DNA of 61,350 bases, taken from contig JAIRNE010000010.1 of the NCBI GenBank assembly GCA_031258205.1, forward strand, positions 1 to 61,350. The letters are read 5' to 3'. The stretch is from Campylobacteraceae bacterium (GTDB lineage: Bacteria; Campylobacterota; Campylobacteria; Campylobacterales; Campylobacteraceae). The notes below the pieces were generated by a model that had not been told where the DNA came from, made no database searches, and was given only the letters and a program-made list of their open reading frames with translations. Position numbers and translations under genes: made by a program. Below, in pieces: positions 47,359 through 59,045 of the stretch (position 1 is the first letter of the stretch; every line of letters begins with the position of its first letter).

Positions 47359-49224
47359 ATGAAATATGATATTATCGTGATAGGCGGCGGGCATGCCGGT
47401 ATTGAAGCGTCATTGGCGAGCGCCAGAATGGGTAAAAAGACGCTTTTAATTACTATCTTAGCCGAACAAATCGGAGCCGCCAGCTGTAATCCCGCCATAG
47501 GCGGACTCGGCAAAGGGCATCTTGTAAAAGAGCTTGACGCTTTGGGCGGTCAAATGGGACTTGCTACGGATGCGACCGGAATACAATTTCGTATCTTAAA
47601 CGAATCAAAAGGTCCAGCCGTAAGAGGCACAAGAGCGCAGATAGACATGGACAGATACCGCATATTCATGCGAAATACCGTATTAAACACTGAAAATTTA
47701 GACGTAACTCAAGAAATAGTTGAAAAAATACTTACGCAAGATGGCGAAGTAAACGGGGTTTTGACACATATTCAAAATAGATATTACGCCAAAAAGGTTA
47801 TTATAACGACAGGCACTTTTTTAAAAGGACTCATACATGTAGGAGAGTTTCGCCAAAGCGCAGGCAGAACGGGAGAGTTTGCTTCAAACGCATTGTCGGA
47901 TTCTTTAAAAAACTTGGGACTTACTTTGGGAAGATTGAAAACGGGTACATGTCCCAGAATTGACGCTAAAAGCATAGATTTTACTAAAATGCAAGCACAA
48001 GGAGGCGACGCCAAACCTTTGCCGCTTAGTTTCAGAACCGATAAAGAGAGCTTTAACCCGTATCAACTTCCCTGCTTTATAACATATACAAACATAAAAA
48101 CGCACGAAATCATAAGAGATAATTTTCACAGAGCGCCGCTTTTTACGGGGCAGATAGAGGGGATAGGACCTAGATACTGCCCAAGTATTGAAGATAAAAT
48201 CAACCGTTTTAATGACAAAGAGCGTCACCATCTTTTTGTAGAACCGCAGACAAAAGAGGCAACCGAATACTATATAAACGGACTCTCCACATCTTTGCCG
48301 CCTGATGTTCAGATAACTCTTTTGCGCACAATCCCGGGACTTGAACATGCAAATATCGTTCGTTTTGGCTACGCTATAGAGTATGATTATGTAGATCCTA
48401 CGGAATTAACCCATACTCTGGAGACAAAAAAGATAAAAGGACTTTATTGCGCGGGACAGATAAACGGCACTACAGGATACGAGGAGGCGGCGGCTTTGGG
48501 CATTACTGCGGGCATAAATGCCGTTTTGTCCATAGACGAAAAAGAGCCTTTAATATTCAGAAGAGACGAAGCTTATATAGGCGTTTTGATAGACGATTTG
48601 ACGACAAAAGGCACAAAAGAGCCTTACAGAATGTTCACTTCCCGCGCTGAATTTAGACTGCTTTTAAGGGAAGATAATGCCGATATAAGACTTATGGAAT
48701 ATGGTCATAAAGCGGGATTGATAGACGATAAAACATTTGCAAAACTGCAGTCAAAAAAAGAGCAGTTAAAAACGGGATTGGAATTTTTAGAAAATAACTT
48801 TCTTACCCCCTCGCGCGAGAATACCGCATTTTTAGAGAGCATGGGAGAGGAAGCGGTGAATGATAAAACCTCTTATCAAAAAATATCGGCAAGAAAAAGC
48901 TTCACTCTTGAAAAATTGGACAGATTATCATCTGTTTTTAAAGAGTATTCAAATGACGCCAAAGAGCAGATACTGATATTTTCAAAATATAAAAACTATA
49001 TACAAAAGCAAGAAGAGCAGGTAAAAGCTATGAAAAAGATGATGGAGGTTAAAATACCTGCGGATATTGATTTTACAAAAGTAAGCGGGCTTGGAAACGA
49101 AGCGGCTGAAAAACTAAAACGCTTCAATCCGCCTACTCTTTTTGAAGCAAGCGAAATCAGCGGTATAACTCCGGCTGCAATTGACGCTTTGCATATTTAT
49201 ATAGTCATGAGAGAGAAGCGATAA
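47359..49224 (+). CDS. mnmG: tRNA uridine 5-carboxymethylaminomethyl modification enzyme
   Basis: [23 protein letters not shown] and [11 protein letters not shown]. 621 aa. Confidence 0.95.
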   Translation: MKYDIIVIGGGHAGIEASLASARMGKKTLLITILAEQIGAASCNPAIGGLGKGHLVKELDALGGQMGLATDATGIQFRILNESKGPAVRGTRAQIDMDRYRIFMRNTVLNTENLDVTQEIVEKILTQDGEVNGVLTHIQNRYYAKKVIITTGTFLKGLIHVGEFRQSAGRTGEFASNALSDSLKNLGLTLGRLKTGTCPRIDAKSIDFTKMQAQGGDAKPLPLSFRTDKESFNPYQLPCFITYTNIKTHEIIRDNFHRAPLFTGQIEGIGPRYCPSIEDKINRFNDKERHHLFVEPQTKEATEYYINGLSTSLPPDVQITLLRTIPGLEHANIVRFGYAIEYDYVDPTELTHTLETKKIKGLYCAGQINGTTGYEEAAALGITAGINAVLSIDEKEPLIFRRDEAYIGVLIDDLTTKGTKEPYRMFTSRAEFRLLLREDNADIRLMEYGHKAGLIDDKTFAKLQSKKEQLKTGLEFLENNFLTPSRENTAFLESMGEEAVNDKTSYQKISARKSFTLEKLDRLSSVFKEYSNDAKEQILIFSKYKNYIQKQEEQVKAMKKMMEVKIPADIDFTKVSGLGNEAAEKLKRFNPPTLFEASEISGITPAAIDALHIYIVMREKR

Positions 49225-49228
49225 ATTG

Positions 49229-49690
49229 CTATAAACTTTCGCTTTTTACTATATTTATAGGGCAGGACGCCTCTTTGCTTTGGTCTTCCAAAAATTCGGC
49301 GATGCGCTGCTGCAAGAACCGTTTGTCTTCGCTTATGTCGTCTCTTAAAAATCTGTTGATATGATTCATATTAATCTTCATAGCGAAGCTTTTATTGGCT
49401 CTTACTTTACGGTTTATATCTTTGATTGCCTCGTCATAGGAAGCGGGCTCGTTACGCAAAATCATCGCCGCATAGCCTCTTGTGATATTTAAAAATACGT
49501 CTTGTCTGTGGCGGTCGTTTTTGTATATCTCTGCCGCGACCTCTTTTAATATTTTAAAGCTGCAATCTTTAGCGTTTTTACAGCCCGGAGCGATTATGAG
49601 CGCGAATACTTCGGCTCTAAACTCAAGCGATTTGTAATGATACAAAAAAAGTTCCCTAAAAACCGTCAAAAGCCAGCTTTTAACGCTCAT
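49229..49690 (-). CDS. Hypothetical protein
   Basis: A 153-aa ORF with an RBS-like AAAAGGAAAA upstream. It converges on mnmG with a 4-nt gap. I recognised no motif. Confidence 0.5.
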   Translation of the reverse strand: MSVKSWLLTVFRELFLYHYKSLEFRAEVFALIIAPGCKNAKDCSFKILKEVAAEIYKNDRHRQDVFLNITRGYAAMILRNEPASYDEAIKDINRKVRANKSFAMKINMNHINRFLRDDISEDKRFLQQRIAEFLEDQSKEASCPINIVKSESL

Positions 49691-49752
49691 GTTTTTCCTT
49701 TTTGGTTTTTTGAAAAGACGAAGTATAGCATAAAGAGATTACCGTTTTCATG

Positions 49753-50325
49753 TTATAAGTAGTTTATCTTTTCCAAAAATCTTTCCAACTCCTCTTTTTG
49801 CGCTTTTGTTACTTGAATTTTCCATGTGATATTATCCGTATTAAAATCTCTATTTTCAAACGTTATTCCTGTCTTTTGCAAAAAATATTCTATTTTTGGC
49901 GTAAAAGAGTATTTTGAAGAGAATACAAACTCCTCTTTTTGTTCGTAAAGATATGCTTTTGCTTCGCCCAAAACCATCTTTGCCGCAGTCTGGTAAGCTC
50001 TTACAAGTCCTCCCGTGCCGAGTTTCACGCCGCCAAAGTAACGTACGATCAAAACGCACACGTTTATAAACTCCGCGCCTCTTAAAACGCTTAGTATCGG
50101 CTGGGCTGATGTGCCTTTTGGTTCGCCGTCATCGCTGCCGTTTTCTACTGTTTGATTATATTCGTTCAATTTTCTGTATGCCCAAACTACATGAGCGGCT
50201 TTGGGATGTTCGGCTTTAAGCTTTACATGTAAAGCGTCAAATCCGCTTATTGGCGCGGCGAAAGCTATAAATATTGATTTTTTAATCTCATATCGGTAAA
50301 AATTTATCTCATTTAGCGTTTGCAT
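49753..50325 (-). CDS. yigZ: YigZ / IMPACT-family (UPF0029) protein
   Basis: VWAYR......NGSDDGEPKGTSAQPIL and VVRYFGGVKLGTGGLVRAY. Confidence 0.85.
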   Translation of the reverse strand: MQTLNEINFYRYEIKKSIFIAFAAPISGFDALHVKLKAEHPKAAHVVWAYRKLNEYNQTVENGSDDGEPKGTSAQPILSVLRGAEFINVCVLIVRYFGGVKLGTGGLVRAYQTAAKMVLGEAKAYLYEQKEEFVFSSKYSFTPKIEYFLQKTGITFENRDFNTDNITWKIQVTKAQKEELERFLEKINYL

Positions 50326-50415
50326 CGGGATATTTTAACAAAACTATTCAAAAAAACTTGCAAACTAAAGCCAAAATTATATACAATATACGCGATTTCT
50401 TTCAAGGGGTTTTGA

Positions 50416-51654
50416 GTGTTTAAAAATACGCTCTATTTTGACGTGTCTGATACGCCGAAAATAGAAGAGCTTTGGAATAAAATATCCGTAGAAAAAACTT
50501 CCAAAGCGGTTGGTTATTATAATCTGCCGGCAGAGGGCGAAAAACTGCTGTTAGATATAGGAGTGTGGGGAGCCGGGATACGAAATGTAGAAAATATCGT
50601 AGTTATCGGCGTTGGCGGCAGCTCTTTAGGGACAAAAGCCTTGTATTCTATGCTCTATCACGAGAAAAAAGCGTCTACGCCAAATCTCTATTTTTTGGAA
50701 AATATAGACTCTGTTACTATCAAAAAAACGCTTAAAAGTATAAAACTTGACAACAGCCTGTTTTTACTCGTATCCAAATCCGGAACGACTTTAGATACTA
50801 TCTCTATCGCTAAAATCGTTATGGTGCATTTTGGCATTTTTCCGGGCGACAAATATTTTGGCAAATATTTTGCCGTTGTTACGGACAGCGGTTCGGCTCT
50901 CAATAAATTTGCAAACGAGTACGGATTAAAAAGTTTTTTTATACCCAAAAACGTAGGCGGGCGGTTTTCGGTATTGAGCGCGACAGGAGTTGTGCCGCTG
51001 ACGCTTTGCGGTATAGATACGGCAAAACTTTTGCAGGGCGCGGCAGAGTGCCAAGACGATTTTTTCAGCCGCAAAATATCGGATACGCTCATTAAAAAAT
51101 CGCTTGCTTACACCGTAAAAAGCGGGCAAAATATAAATGTTCTTTTTTCATATTCGGACATATTCCGCGATTTTAACGCATGGTATGTGCAGTTGTGGGC
51201 TGAGTCTTTGGGCAAAAAAAAGGGCGATGAACGCGTAGGATTAACTCCTGTGGGGCTTATCGGCGCGATAGACCAGCATTCGTTTTTGCAGCTCATCATA
51301 GATGGACCGAAAGATAAAAGCGTAACGTTTATAAGAGTGGAAAATATGACAGAGGATATGCCGATTCCCGATATTTCGCTAAAATTTTTAGAAAAAACCA
51401 ATCTGAAAAAAGGTATCGGCGCAGGGCAGCTGTTGAATGAACAGGCTATAGCCACAATGAAAAGCGTATTAAACGAAGGAGCGATAACGGACGAGATAGT
51501 TTTGGCAAAAGCGGATGCTTTTCATGCGGGTTATCTTATCTACTATTTTGAACTTTTGACCTCTTTGTGCGGATTGGCGCTTGAAATTAACGCTTACAAT
51601 CAGCCCGGAGTTGAGGTGGGCAAAAAGATACTGTTGGATAAATTGGGCAAATAA
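50416..51654 (+). CDS. pgi: Glucose-6-phosphate isomerase (short Campylobacter-type)
   Basis: IGVGGSSLG, VSKSGTT, GGRFSVLSA and the C-terminal INAYNQPGVE. GTG start. Confidence 0.88.
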   Translation: MFKNTLYFDVSDTPKIEELWNKISVEKTSKAVGYYNLPAEGEKLLLDIGVWGAGIRNVENIVVIGVGGSSLGTKALYSMLYHEKKASTPNLYFLENIDSVTIKKTLKSIKLDNSLFLLVSKSGTTLDTISIAKIVMVHFGIFPGDKYFGKYFAVVTDSGSALNKFANEYGLKSFFIPKNVGGRFSVLSATGVVPLTLCGIDTAKLLQGAAECQDDFFSRKISDTLIKKSLAYTVKSGQNINVLFSYSDIFRDFNAWYVQLWAESLGKKKGDERVGLTPVGLIGAIDQHSFLQLIIDGPKDKSVTFIRVENMTEDMPIPDISLKFLEKTNLKKGIGAGQLLNEQAIATMKSVLNEGAITDEIVLAKADAFHAGYLIYYFELLTSLCGLALEINAYNQPGVEVGKKILLDKLGK

Positions 51655-51662
51655 GCCCAATT

Positions 51663-52223
51663 TCACTTCAAAATTCTTGGAAGCGTAATTCCGGTTTGCC
51701 CTTGATATTTGCCCGCTTTGTCTTTGTACGTAACTTCACACGGCGTATCGCCTTCAAAAAAGAGCACTTGAGCGATGCCTTCATTGGCGTAAATTTTAGC
51801 CGGAAGCGGCGTAGTATTTGAAATCTCAATAGTAATGTGTCCTTCAAATTCAGGTTCAAAAGGCGTTACATTCACTATAATGCCGCATCTTGCATATGTG
51901 CTTTTGCCAAGACATATCGCAAGGACGTTTTTTGGTATTCTAAAATACTCTACCGTTCTGGCAAGCGCAAAAGAGTTCGGCGGGACAATGCATATATCTC
52001 CCACAAAATCAACGATATTTCTATCCTCAAAATTTTTAGGATCAACAACTGTGGAGTTTACATTGGTGAATATTTTAAATTCCGTGCCTACTCTTATATC
52101 ATAGCCGTAACTGCTTACGCCGTAACTTACGACATTTGAGCCGATTTGACCGCTCTCAAACGGCTCTATCATTTTCTCTTTCAAAGACTTTTCTCTTATC
52201 CAGCTGTCTGCTTTCAATCCCAT
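51663..52223 (-). CDS. dcd: dCTP deaminase
   Basis: [11 protein letters not shown]...SYGYD.R...ARCGI...[14 protein letters not shown]. The real ATG is at 52223. The upstream part of the track's 279-aa ORF is not coding. Confidence 0.92.
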   Translation of the reverse strand: MGLKADSWIREKSLKEKMIEPFESGQIGSNVVSYGVSSYGYDIRVGTEFKIFTNVNSTVVDPKNFEDRNIVDFVGDICIVPPNSFALARTVEYFRIPKNVLAICLGKSTYARCGIIVNVTPFEPEFEGHITIEISNTTPLPAKIYANEGIAQVLFFEGDTPCEVTYKDKAGKYQGQTGITLPRILK

Positions 52224-52319
52224 GTTTATCCTTAAGAACAAGTTATAATGAAGTGTGGTATTATAACACATCATTATCGCGCATTGCTTTCTGCGGTAAA
52301 AATAATAGGAGATAAAGGT

Positions 52320-52781
52320 ATGAATAAACAGGATTTGAATATTAAAGAGTTGATACGTATCTTTGATAAGAGCAGTATGACAAAACTCAAAATAACGGAG
52401 GGCGATTTTTGTATAGATATGCGAAAAGAGACCTCTTTGCAGCCATTTACGGGCGAAAATACACAATCTGTTACGATAATTCCTCAAGCGGCAGCTATAC
52501 AATCAAAACCAAAAGAGGATATCGCAGAGATTAAAAGTTCTCTCCCCTCTTTCAAATCACCGATGGTAGGCACATTTTATAAAGCTCCCTCACCCGGAGC
52601 AGAGCCGTTTGTTAAAATCGGAAGCGTTGTAAAAAAAGGACAGCCTATAGCTATCGTAGAAGCTATGAAAATCATGAATGAGATAGACGCCGAGTTTGAT
52701 TGCAGGATAGTAGATATTTTAGTTGAAGACGGACAGCCTGTCGAATTTGATATGCCTCTATTTAGCGTGGAGAAGCTATAA
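52320..52781 (+). CDS. accB: Acetyl-CoA carboxylase biotin carboxyl carrier protein
   Basis: The biotinylation motif EAMKIMNEI. The ATG at 52320 follows AGGAG. Confidence 0.92.
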   Translation: MNKQDLNIKELIRIFDKSSMTKLKITEGDFCIDMRKETSLQPFTGENTQSVTIIPQAAAIQSKPKEDIAEIKSSLPSFKSPMVGTFYKAPSPGAEPFVKIGSVVKKGQPIAIVEAMKIMNEIDAEFDCRIVDILVEDGQPVEFDMPLFSVEKL

Positions 52782-54115
52782 TGAGCACAATCAAAAGAGT
52801 ACTGATTGCCAATCGCGGCGAAATCGCCCTTAGGGCTATACGAACGATAAAAGAGATGGGCAAACAAGCCATTGCGGTTTATTCTACGGCAGACAAAGAC
52901 GCTTTGTATTTACAGCTTGCAGACGCATCTATTTGCATAGGAGGCGAAAAATCTTCTCAAAGCTATCTTAGCATTCCCTCAATCATTTCAGCGGCTGAAA
53001 TCAGCGAGTGCGACGCTATATTTCCCGGTTACGGCTTTCTTAGCGAAAATCAAAATTTTGTGGAAATTTGCGAACATCATAAGATAAAATTTATAGGTCC
53101 AAGCGCAGATGCTATGATAATGATGAGCGACAAATCAAAAGCGAAAGACGTCATGAAAAAAGCGGGCGTTCCGGTAATTCCCGGAAGCGACGGCGCGCTT
53201 GTTGATTTGCATGACGCATATAAAAATGCAGATGAGATAGGCTATCCCGTCATCATTAAAGCGGCGGCAGGCGGCGGCGGACGCGGCATGAGAGTCGTAG
53301 AGAAAAAAGAGGATTTGGAAAAACTCTACTTAGCCGCCGAGAGCGAAGCGATAACGGCGTTTGGCGACGGTACGCTTTACATGGAGAAATTTATCAAAAA
53401 ACCGCGTCATATAGAAGTGCAGGTAATGGGCGATAAATATAGAAACGCTATCCATATAGGAGAACGCGACTGCTCTATGCAACGCCGTCATCAAAAGCTT
53501 ATAGAAGAGTCGCCGGCAATTTTATTGGACGACAATACAAGAAAAAGACTGCATGATACCGCTATACGAGCTACGCAGGCTATCGGTTACGAGGGCGCGG
53601 GGACATTTGAGTTTTTAGTAGATGAAAATAAAAATTTCTATTTTATGGAGATGAATACAAGACTTCAAGTAGAGCACTGCGTGAGCGAAATGGTAAGCGG
53701 GCTTGATATAGTAGAGTGGATGATAAGAGTAGCCGAAGGCGAAAAACTCCCGTCTCAAGAGAGTATCAAACTGCAGGGACACTCCATAGAGTGTAGGATA
53801 ACTGCCGAAGACCCCGTAAGATTTATACCAAGTCCGGGCAAAATCAGCAAATATATAGCTCCGGGCGGCAGAAATATAAGAATGGATTCGCACGCTTATC
53901 AAGGTTATGTCGTGCCGTCTCATTATGACTCTATGATAGGCAAGCTTATTGTGTGGGGCGAGGATAGAACGCGCGCTATAGCAAAAATGAAACAGGCGTT
54001 AAGCGAGCTTACTATAGAGGGTATCAGCTGCACAAAAACATTTCATCAAAAGATGATGGAAAATCCGGATTTTATAGACAACAATTACGATACGAATTAT
54101 CTGTCAAATCATTAA
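52781..54115 (+). CDS. accC: Acetyl-CoA carboxylase biotin carboxylase subunit
   Basis: IANRGEIA, KAAAGGGGRGM, and EMNTRLQVEH of the ATP-grasp fold. Confidence 0.95.
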   Translation: MSTIKRVLIANRGEIALRAIRTIKEMGKQAIAVYSTADKDALYLQLADASICIGGEKSSQSYLSIPSIISAAEISECDAIFPGYGFLSENQNFVEICEHHKIKFIGPSADAMIMMSDKSKAKDVMKKAGVPVIPGSDGALVDLHDAYKNADEIGYPVIIKAAAGGGGRGMRVVEKKEDLEKLYLAAESEAITAFGDGTLYMEKFIKKPRHIEVQVMGDKYRNAIHIGERDCSMQRRHQKLIEESPAILLDDNTRKRLHDTAIRATQAIGYEGAGTFEFLVDENKNFYFMEMNTRLQVEHCVSEMVSGLDIVEWMIRVAEGEKLPSQESIKLQGHSIECRITAEDPVRFIPSPGKISKYIAPGGRNIRMDSHAYQGYVVPSHYDSMIGKLIVWGEDRTRAIAKMKQALSELTIEGISCTKTFHQKMMENPDFIDNNYDTNYLSNH

Positions 54116-54144
54116 AAAAGGCGCGTTTTGCGCGCCTTTTTTTT
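54114..54144. terminator. Bidirectional rho-independent terminator between accC and the convergent SurA-like gene
   Basis: AAAAAA-GGCGCG-ttttg-CGCGCC-TTTTTTTT, with an A-run on one side and a T-run on the other. Confidence 0.8.
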
Positions 54145-54160
54145 AAATAAAACTCTTTAC

Positions 54161-55168
54161 TTATGGCATTCTTATTATCGTAATGCTCGCTCTTGCTTTT
54201 ATCGTTTCAAAATACTCTTTTATAATTGTGCTTTCTTGAACAGACGAGAGTTTTGTCATAATAGCGTTTTTTGCCTGTTCAAACGAAATAACGCTTTTGT
54301 TGTTTTTAGAGACTACTATGTATGTTGCAAATCCATCGTCCGTTGGGATAATGGGCGTACGCTCTCCAACTTCCAGACTTGACAATAAAGCAATTAATTT
54401 CGGATCTTCGTCTATACTCAAAATCTGTACGTAAGAGCGCGTTACATTCTGAGTCGTATTGTCATCGGTTTTGGCAGTTAAATTATCCGTTTGAATATCG
54501 CTCTTTTGCGCGCTGTCTGTTATTTGGGTTAAATTATCCGTTTGATTGTTGTCGGTTTGTATGTCATCCGTTATTTTGTCGGCTTCAACGGTTAGATTAT
54601 CCGTTTGACCCGCATTATCCGCTTTTTGGTCATCATAAAAGACAGCCGCGATATCGTCCGCATTCTCTCCTTCTATTTTTACAACGTCAAAACTCTCAAA
54701 TTTTGTAAACTCCATCGGATTGTTGTTATAATAAATAAGCAGTTTATCCTCGTCTATATTCTCATATTTACTGCTTAGAATATATTGATAGAGTCTGTCG
54801 CGCTGTAGTTTTTGTTTTAATTCAGACCTGTAAGCGTCTACTGAAATACCCTCTCTTAAAAGCGCGCTGTAAAAATTTTGGACATTCATATTGTTTTTAG
54901 CCGCTATCGCCTCTATCTGTTGATTTAGTATAAAATCATCTATTTGGATATTCATCTGCTTTATCTGAGACAACTCCAATTTTTCCCTGATTAAAACATC
55001 TAAAGCCTCTCTGGTTGGGATATCAAACTGTTTTGAGAGTCTGTATATCTCGTATATGGTTATAGGTTCGTTATCCACGACAACCGACACCGCATCCACT
55101 AAAGCCGCATTTGCGCTCACATTTAGAAAAAACCCGAAGACAATGGCTAAAAAACTTTTTTTGAGCAT
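54161..55168 (-). CDS. SurA-N-domain periplasmic chaperone-like protein (C. jejuni Cj1289-like by position) with an internal low-complexity insertion
   Basis: A signal peptide MLKKSFLAIVFGFFLNVSANA and a SurA_N-like helix bundle (VVVDNEPITIYE...). It lies between accC and gltX, as I recall for C. jejuni. A D/T/Q-rich segment contains three QTDNLT copies. Confidence 0.7.
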   Translation of the reverse strand: MLKKSFLAIVFGFFLNVSANAALVDAVSVVVDNEPITIYEIYRLSKQFDIPTREALDVLIREKLELSQIKQMNIQIDDFILNQQIEAIAAKNNMNVQNFYSALLREGISVDAYRSELKQKLQRDRLYQYILSSKYENIDEDKLLIYYNNNPMEFTKFESFDVVKIEGENADDIAAVFYDDQKADNAGQTDNLTVEADKITDDIQTDNNQTDNLTQITDSAQKSDIQTDNLTAKTDDNTTQNVTRSYVQILSIDEDPKLIALLSSLEVGERTPIIPTDDGFATYIVVSKNNKSVISFEQAKNAIMTKLSSVQESTIIKEYFETIKARASITIIRMP

Positions 55169-55302
55169 CGTTATAATCCTTTATTAAGTAAAAATCAATA
55201 TAATACCGCACTTAAAAATTGCAATATTAGCATTTTTTTAGTAATCAATCAAATAGAACAGAAAATAGCTGCAATATTTATTGATAAATAAGAGGACTTC
55301 TT

Positions 55303-56697
55303 ATGATTATTACAAGATTTGCTCCTTCTCCGACCGGATACTTACACATCGGAGGACTTAGAACAGCGCTTTATAACTACTTATGGGCAAAGCGAAACGG
55401 CGGAAAGTTTTTGCTTCGCATTGAAGACACCGACCTCAAAAGAAACTCTCTTGAAGCGGCGCAAGCTATAGAAGAGGCTTTCAAATGGACAGGGCTTTCG
55501 TATGACAAAGAGATAATTTATCAATCTCAAAGATTTGATTTATATAAAGAGTATGTCCAAAAACTTTTAAAAGAGAAAAAAGCTTACTACTGTTACATGA
55601 GCAAAGAGGAGTTAGACGCTTTGCGAGAATCGCAAATAGCCAAAAAAGAGCGTCCGCGTTATAACGGCAAATATAGAGATTTTGAAGGCATTCCTCCTTT
55701 GGGCGTAGAGCCTGTTGTGCGTATAAAAGCTCCTTTAAGTGGCGAGATAATATTTGAAGACGGCGTTAAAGGCAAAATTAGTTTTAAGGCTGAAGATATA
55801 CTGGATGATTTTATCATCGCAAGAAGCGACGGCACGCCGACATATAATTTTACTGTTGTAGTTGACGACGCACTCATGGGCATAACAGACGTTATAAGAG
55901 GAGACGACCATCTCTCAAATACTCCAAAACAGATAATCCTTTATGAAGCTTTAGGGTTTAAAATACCAAAATTTTTTCATGTTCCCATGATAAACAATCC
56001 GCAGGGTAAAAAACTCTCAAAAAGAGACGGCGCGATGGATGTCATGGAGTATAAAAATATGGGTTATTTAAGCGAAGCGCTTTTGAATTTTCTCGTGCGG
56101 CTTGGCTGGAGTCACGGCGATCAGGAGATATTTTCATTAAAAGAGATGATAGAGTTTTTTGACCCGCACGATATTAACGCTTCCGCTTCGTCTTACAATC
56201 AACAAAAACTCGAATGGCTTAACGCCTGCTATATTAAAAACGCCCCCTCGCAGAGACTTTGGAGTGAGGCTTTGAATTTCGGGCTTGACATGAGAGAAAA
56301 TAAAAATGCCGATTTTTTAGCGGATATGCTAAGAGAGCGCGCAAAAACAGTAGTTCAATTTGTACACATGACAAAAACTATCATAGATGAGCCTCTCTCA
56401 TATGACGAACAGGCTGTAAAAAAGTTTGTAACTGTTTTAGGCGTTGAATATTTGAAAAATTACGTTGTATTTTTAAAAGAGTACAACGGCGGATTTGAGG
56501 ATGCGGCAAATGAGTTTTTGGAAAAGAACGGCATTAAACTAAAAGACATCGCTCAGCTTATCCGCATAGCTCTTACGGGTTCGTCTGTTAGTCCGTCTAT
56601 ATTTGAAGTTATGGACGTTATAGGATTAAAAGCCGTTTTAACGCGGCTTGAAAATTTTATATATTTTATAGAAAAGAAAGGTATTGAAAATGAGTAA
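55303..56697 (+). CDS. gltX: Glutamyl-tRNA synthetase
   Basis: [14 protein letters not shown] is the HIGH motif and KLSKRDG is the KMSKS motif. Confidence 0.95.
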   Translation: MIITRFAPSPTGYLHIGGLRTALYNYLWAKRNGGKFLLRIEDTDLKRNSLEAAQAIEEAFKWTGLSYDKEIIYQSQRFDLYKEYVQKLLKEKKAYYCYMSKEELDALRESQIAKKERPRYNGKYRDFEGIPPLGVEPVVRIKAPLSGEIIFEDGVKGKISFKAEDILDDFIIARSDGTPTYNFTVVVDDALMGITDVIRGDDHLSNTPKQIILYEALGFKIPKFFHVPMINNPQGKKLSKRDGAMDVMEYKNMGYLSEALLNFLVRLGWSHGDQEIFSLKEMIEFFDPHDINASASSYNQQKLEWLNACYIKNAPSQRLWSEALNFGLDMRENKNADFLADMLRERAKTVVQFVHMTKTIIDEPLSYDEQAVKKFVTVLGVEYLKNYVVFLKEYNGGFEDAANEFLEKNGIKLKDIAQLIRIALTGSSVSPSIFEVMDVIGLKAVLTRLENFIYFIEKKGIENE

Positions 56698-57946
56698 AAT
56701 AACCGAACAAGAGGTTTTAGACTATCACATAGGCGGAAAAATAGAGGTTAATATCAAATCTCAATGCAAAAGTTCAAGGGATTTGAGTATGGCTTATACG
56801 CCCGGCGTTGCTATTCCATGCCTTGAGATAGAAAGAGATAACGATTTGGCTTACGCATATACAAATAAGTCAAATTTGGTTGCGGTTGTTACAAACTCCA
56901 CGTCTATTTTGGGACTCGGCAAAATAAGCCCCGTAGCGGGAAAGCCCGTCATGGAAGGCAAAGCGGTTTTATTTAAAAAATTTGCAGATATAGATGCGTT
57001 TGATATTGAAGTAGACGCTTATGATATAGATTCATTCGTGGAGATTGTCAGCGCTATTTCGCCGACATTCGGCGGTATAAACTTGGAAGATATAAAAGCT
57101 CCCGAATGTTTTGAGATAGAAGCTAAATTGCAAGATGCGGTAGATATCCCTATTATGCATGACGACCAGCATGGAACGGCGATAATAACAAGCGCAGGGC
57201 TTATAAACGCGCTTGAAATCAGCGGCAAAAATATAGCCGATATAAAGATAGTCGTTTTAGGAGCGGGCGCGGCAGGCACGGCATGCGCTAAAATGTACAG
57301 AGCTTTAGGCGCGAAAAATATCGTCATGGTAGATTCAAAAGGCGTTATATACAAAGGCAGAGAAGAGTTTGACGCGCATAAAGGTCGTTTTGCTATAGAT
57401 ACGAAAGATAGAAATTTATCGGACGCTATGAATGGCGCCGATATGTTTTTGGGGCTTTCGCGCGCCAGACTGCTCACGCAGGATATGGTCAAATCCATGA
57501 ATAAAAATCCCATTATTTTCGCGCTCGCAAACCCAACGCCTGAAATTTTACCCGAAGAGGTTGTAGAAGTTAGAGACGACGTTATCATGGGTACGGGCAG
57601 GAGCGATTATCCAAATCAAGTAAATAATGTTCTTGGTTTCCCATTTATCTTTAGAGGCGCGTTAGATGTCCGCGCTAAAAAAATAACGGAAAATATGAAA
57701 ATGGCGGCAGCATTGGCTTTGGCAAAACTTGCAAAAGAGCCTGTGCCGGATTATATAAAAGACGCATACAACGGCAGAGAGTTTTCATTCGGCAAAGATT
57801 ATGTGATACCAAAACCGTTTGATAAAAGAGCGCTCGCGAGCGTTGCTTCAGCTGTGGCAAAAGCGGCGGTTGACGAAGGCGTGGCAAGAGTTAAAGATTT
57901 TGACATAAATGCCTACATAAAAAATTTGGAAGAGAAAATTAAATAA
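56684..57946 (+). CDS. NAD(P)-dependent malic enzyme (short MaeB-type, no PTA domain)
   Basis: YTPGVA, DDQHGTA, and the Rossmann motif VVLGAGAAG. It overlaps the gltX end by 14 nt. Confidence 0.9.
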   Translation: MKMSKITEQEVLDYHIGGKIEVNIKSQCKSSRDLSMAYTPGVAIPCLEIERDNDLAYAYTNKSNLVAVVTNSTSILGLGKISPVAGKPVMEGKAVLFKKFADIDAFDIEVDAYDIDSFVEIVSAISPTFGGINLEDIKAPECFEIEAKLQDAVDIPIMHDDQHGTAIITSAGLINALEISGKNIADIKIVVLGAGAAGTACAKMYRALGAKNIVMVDSKGVIYKGREEFDAHKGRFAIDTKDRNLSDAMNGADMFLGLSRARLLTQDMVKSMNKNPIIFALANPTPEILPEEVVEVRDDVIMGTGRSDYPNQVNNVLGFPFIFRGALDVRAKKITENMKMAAALALAKLAKEPVPDYIKDAYNGREFSFGKDYVIPKPFDKRALASVASAVAKAAVDEGVARVKDFDINAYIKNLEEKIK

Positions 57947-58204
57947 TAACAATATGCTTTTTCTCCCTAAATGTCTTGAGTAGGGAATGCTATAAAATTC
58001 GCGGTTTTCTTTATCTATCGTCTTCTCATGCAGCCGCTTTATGCGTGGGAAGATTGATTTTGGCAAATTTATATTTCACAAATTATATATTACCGCTTTT
58101 GTACCGCAAAAAGTTTGAAAATATCTGAAAAAACACTTTGAGTATCAATTTGAAACAACGCTAAAATTAGATAAAATGATAAAAATTAAAAAAGGAGTTT
58201 TTGC

Positions 58205-58834
58205 ATGGAAAATGTGCATGTGATAACTCATCCGCTGATAGAACACAAACTCTCTATACTGCGCGATGTAAAGACGGAAAGTTTTCAATTCAGGCTGTTG
58301 GTGGACGAGATAACGTATTTACTCATTTTTGAAGCCGCGAGGGATTTGCCGTTAAAGGATATAGACGTTCAAACGCCTGTGGCTTTGACTAAGTCCAAAC
58401 GGCTTGCCTGCAGTATCATGATTTGTCCGATTTTGCGCGCCGCTCTTGGAATGCTTGACAGCGTTTTTAAGATAATCCCAGATGCAAGTGTCGGATTTTT
58501 GGGATTTCAGCGAAATGAGGAGACGCTAAAACCTGAGTTTTACTATGCTAAACTGCCAAGTGACCATAAAGAGAGAATAGCCATCATTATAGACCCCATG
58601 TTTGCAACGGGCGGCACCGCCATAGACGCGGTAGATTTTTTAAAATCAAAAGGCGTAAAAGATATCCGCTTTTTATCTATCCTCTCGGCTCCCGAAGGAC
58701 TTAAAAAGTTTTGCGCTATTCACCCCGATGTTCCTGTATATACGGCGTATATAGACGAGAGATTAAACGATAAAGGGTATATAGTGCCCGGACTTGGAGA
58801 CGCTGGGGACAGGGTATTTAATACAATTTCTTAA
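58205..58834 (+). CDS. upp: Uracil phosphoribosyltransferase
   Basis: HPLI.HKL..LR, the PRPP loop DPMFATGGTA, and YIVPGLGDAGDR. Confidence 0.95.
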   Translation: MENVHVITHPLIEHKLSILRDVKTESFQFRLLVDEITYLLIFEAARDLPLKDIDVQTPVALTKSKRLACSIMICPILRAALGMLDSVFKIIPDASVGFLGFQRNEETLKPEFYYAKLPSDHKERIAIIIDPMFATGGTAIDAVDFLKSKGVKDIRFLSILSAPEGLKKFCAIHPDVPVYTAYIDERLNDKGYIVPGLGDAGDRVFNTIS

Positions 58835-59045
58835 GGGCAAAATGTGAGATTTGCGGCTTTTTTATTTATGCGTTAAATCCACTATTAATATCAGGCATAG
58901 ACAGTATTTTGGCGGCAACGAGTATAATAATTATCGCATTATGTTATAGGAATTTTATCGTTTGCAGTCGTCATGTGGCTTATATACAGAAACATCAAAG
59001 GCATTATATATTTGAATACATGTAAAGATTTATAAAACGGCGGCG

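Noticed and set aside
49229-49690. The 153-aa hypothetical protein as a TerB-like partner of the vWA/PP2C/kinase triad.
   Set aside because: It lies 4.5 kb away on the opposite strand, separated by core genes. I could not see TerB-type paired acidic metal-binding motifs.
52224-52502. The N-terminal 93-aa extension of the dcd ORF in the track.
   Set aside because: Dcd homologs begin at MGLKADSWI. The upstream part is AT-rich with odd composition, and it overlaps the accB promoter and leader.
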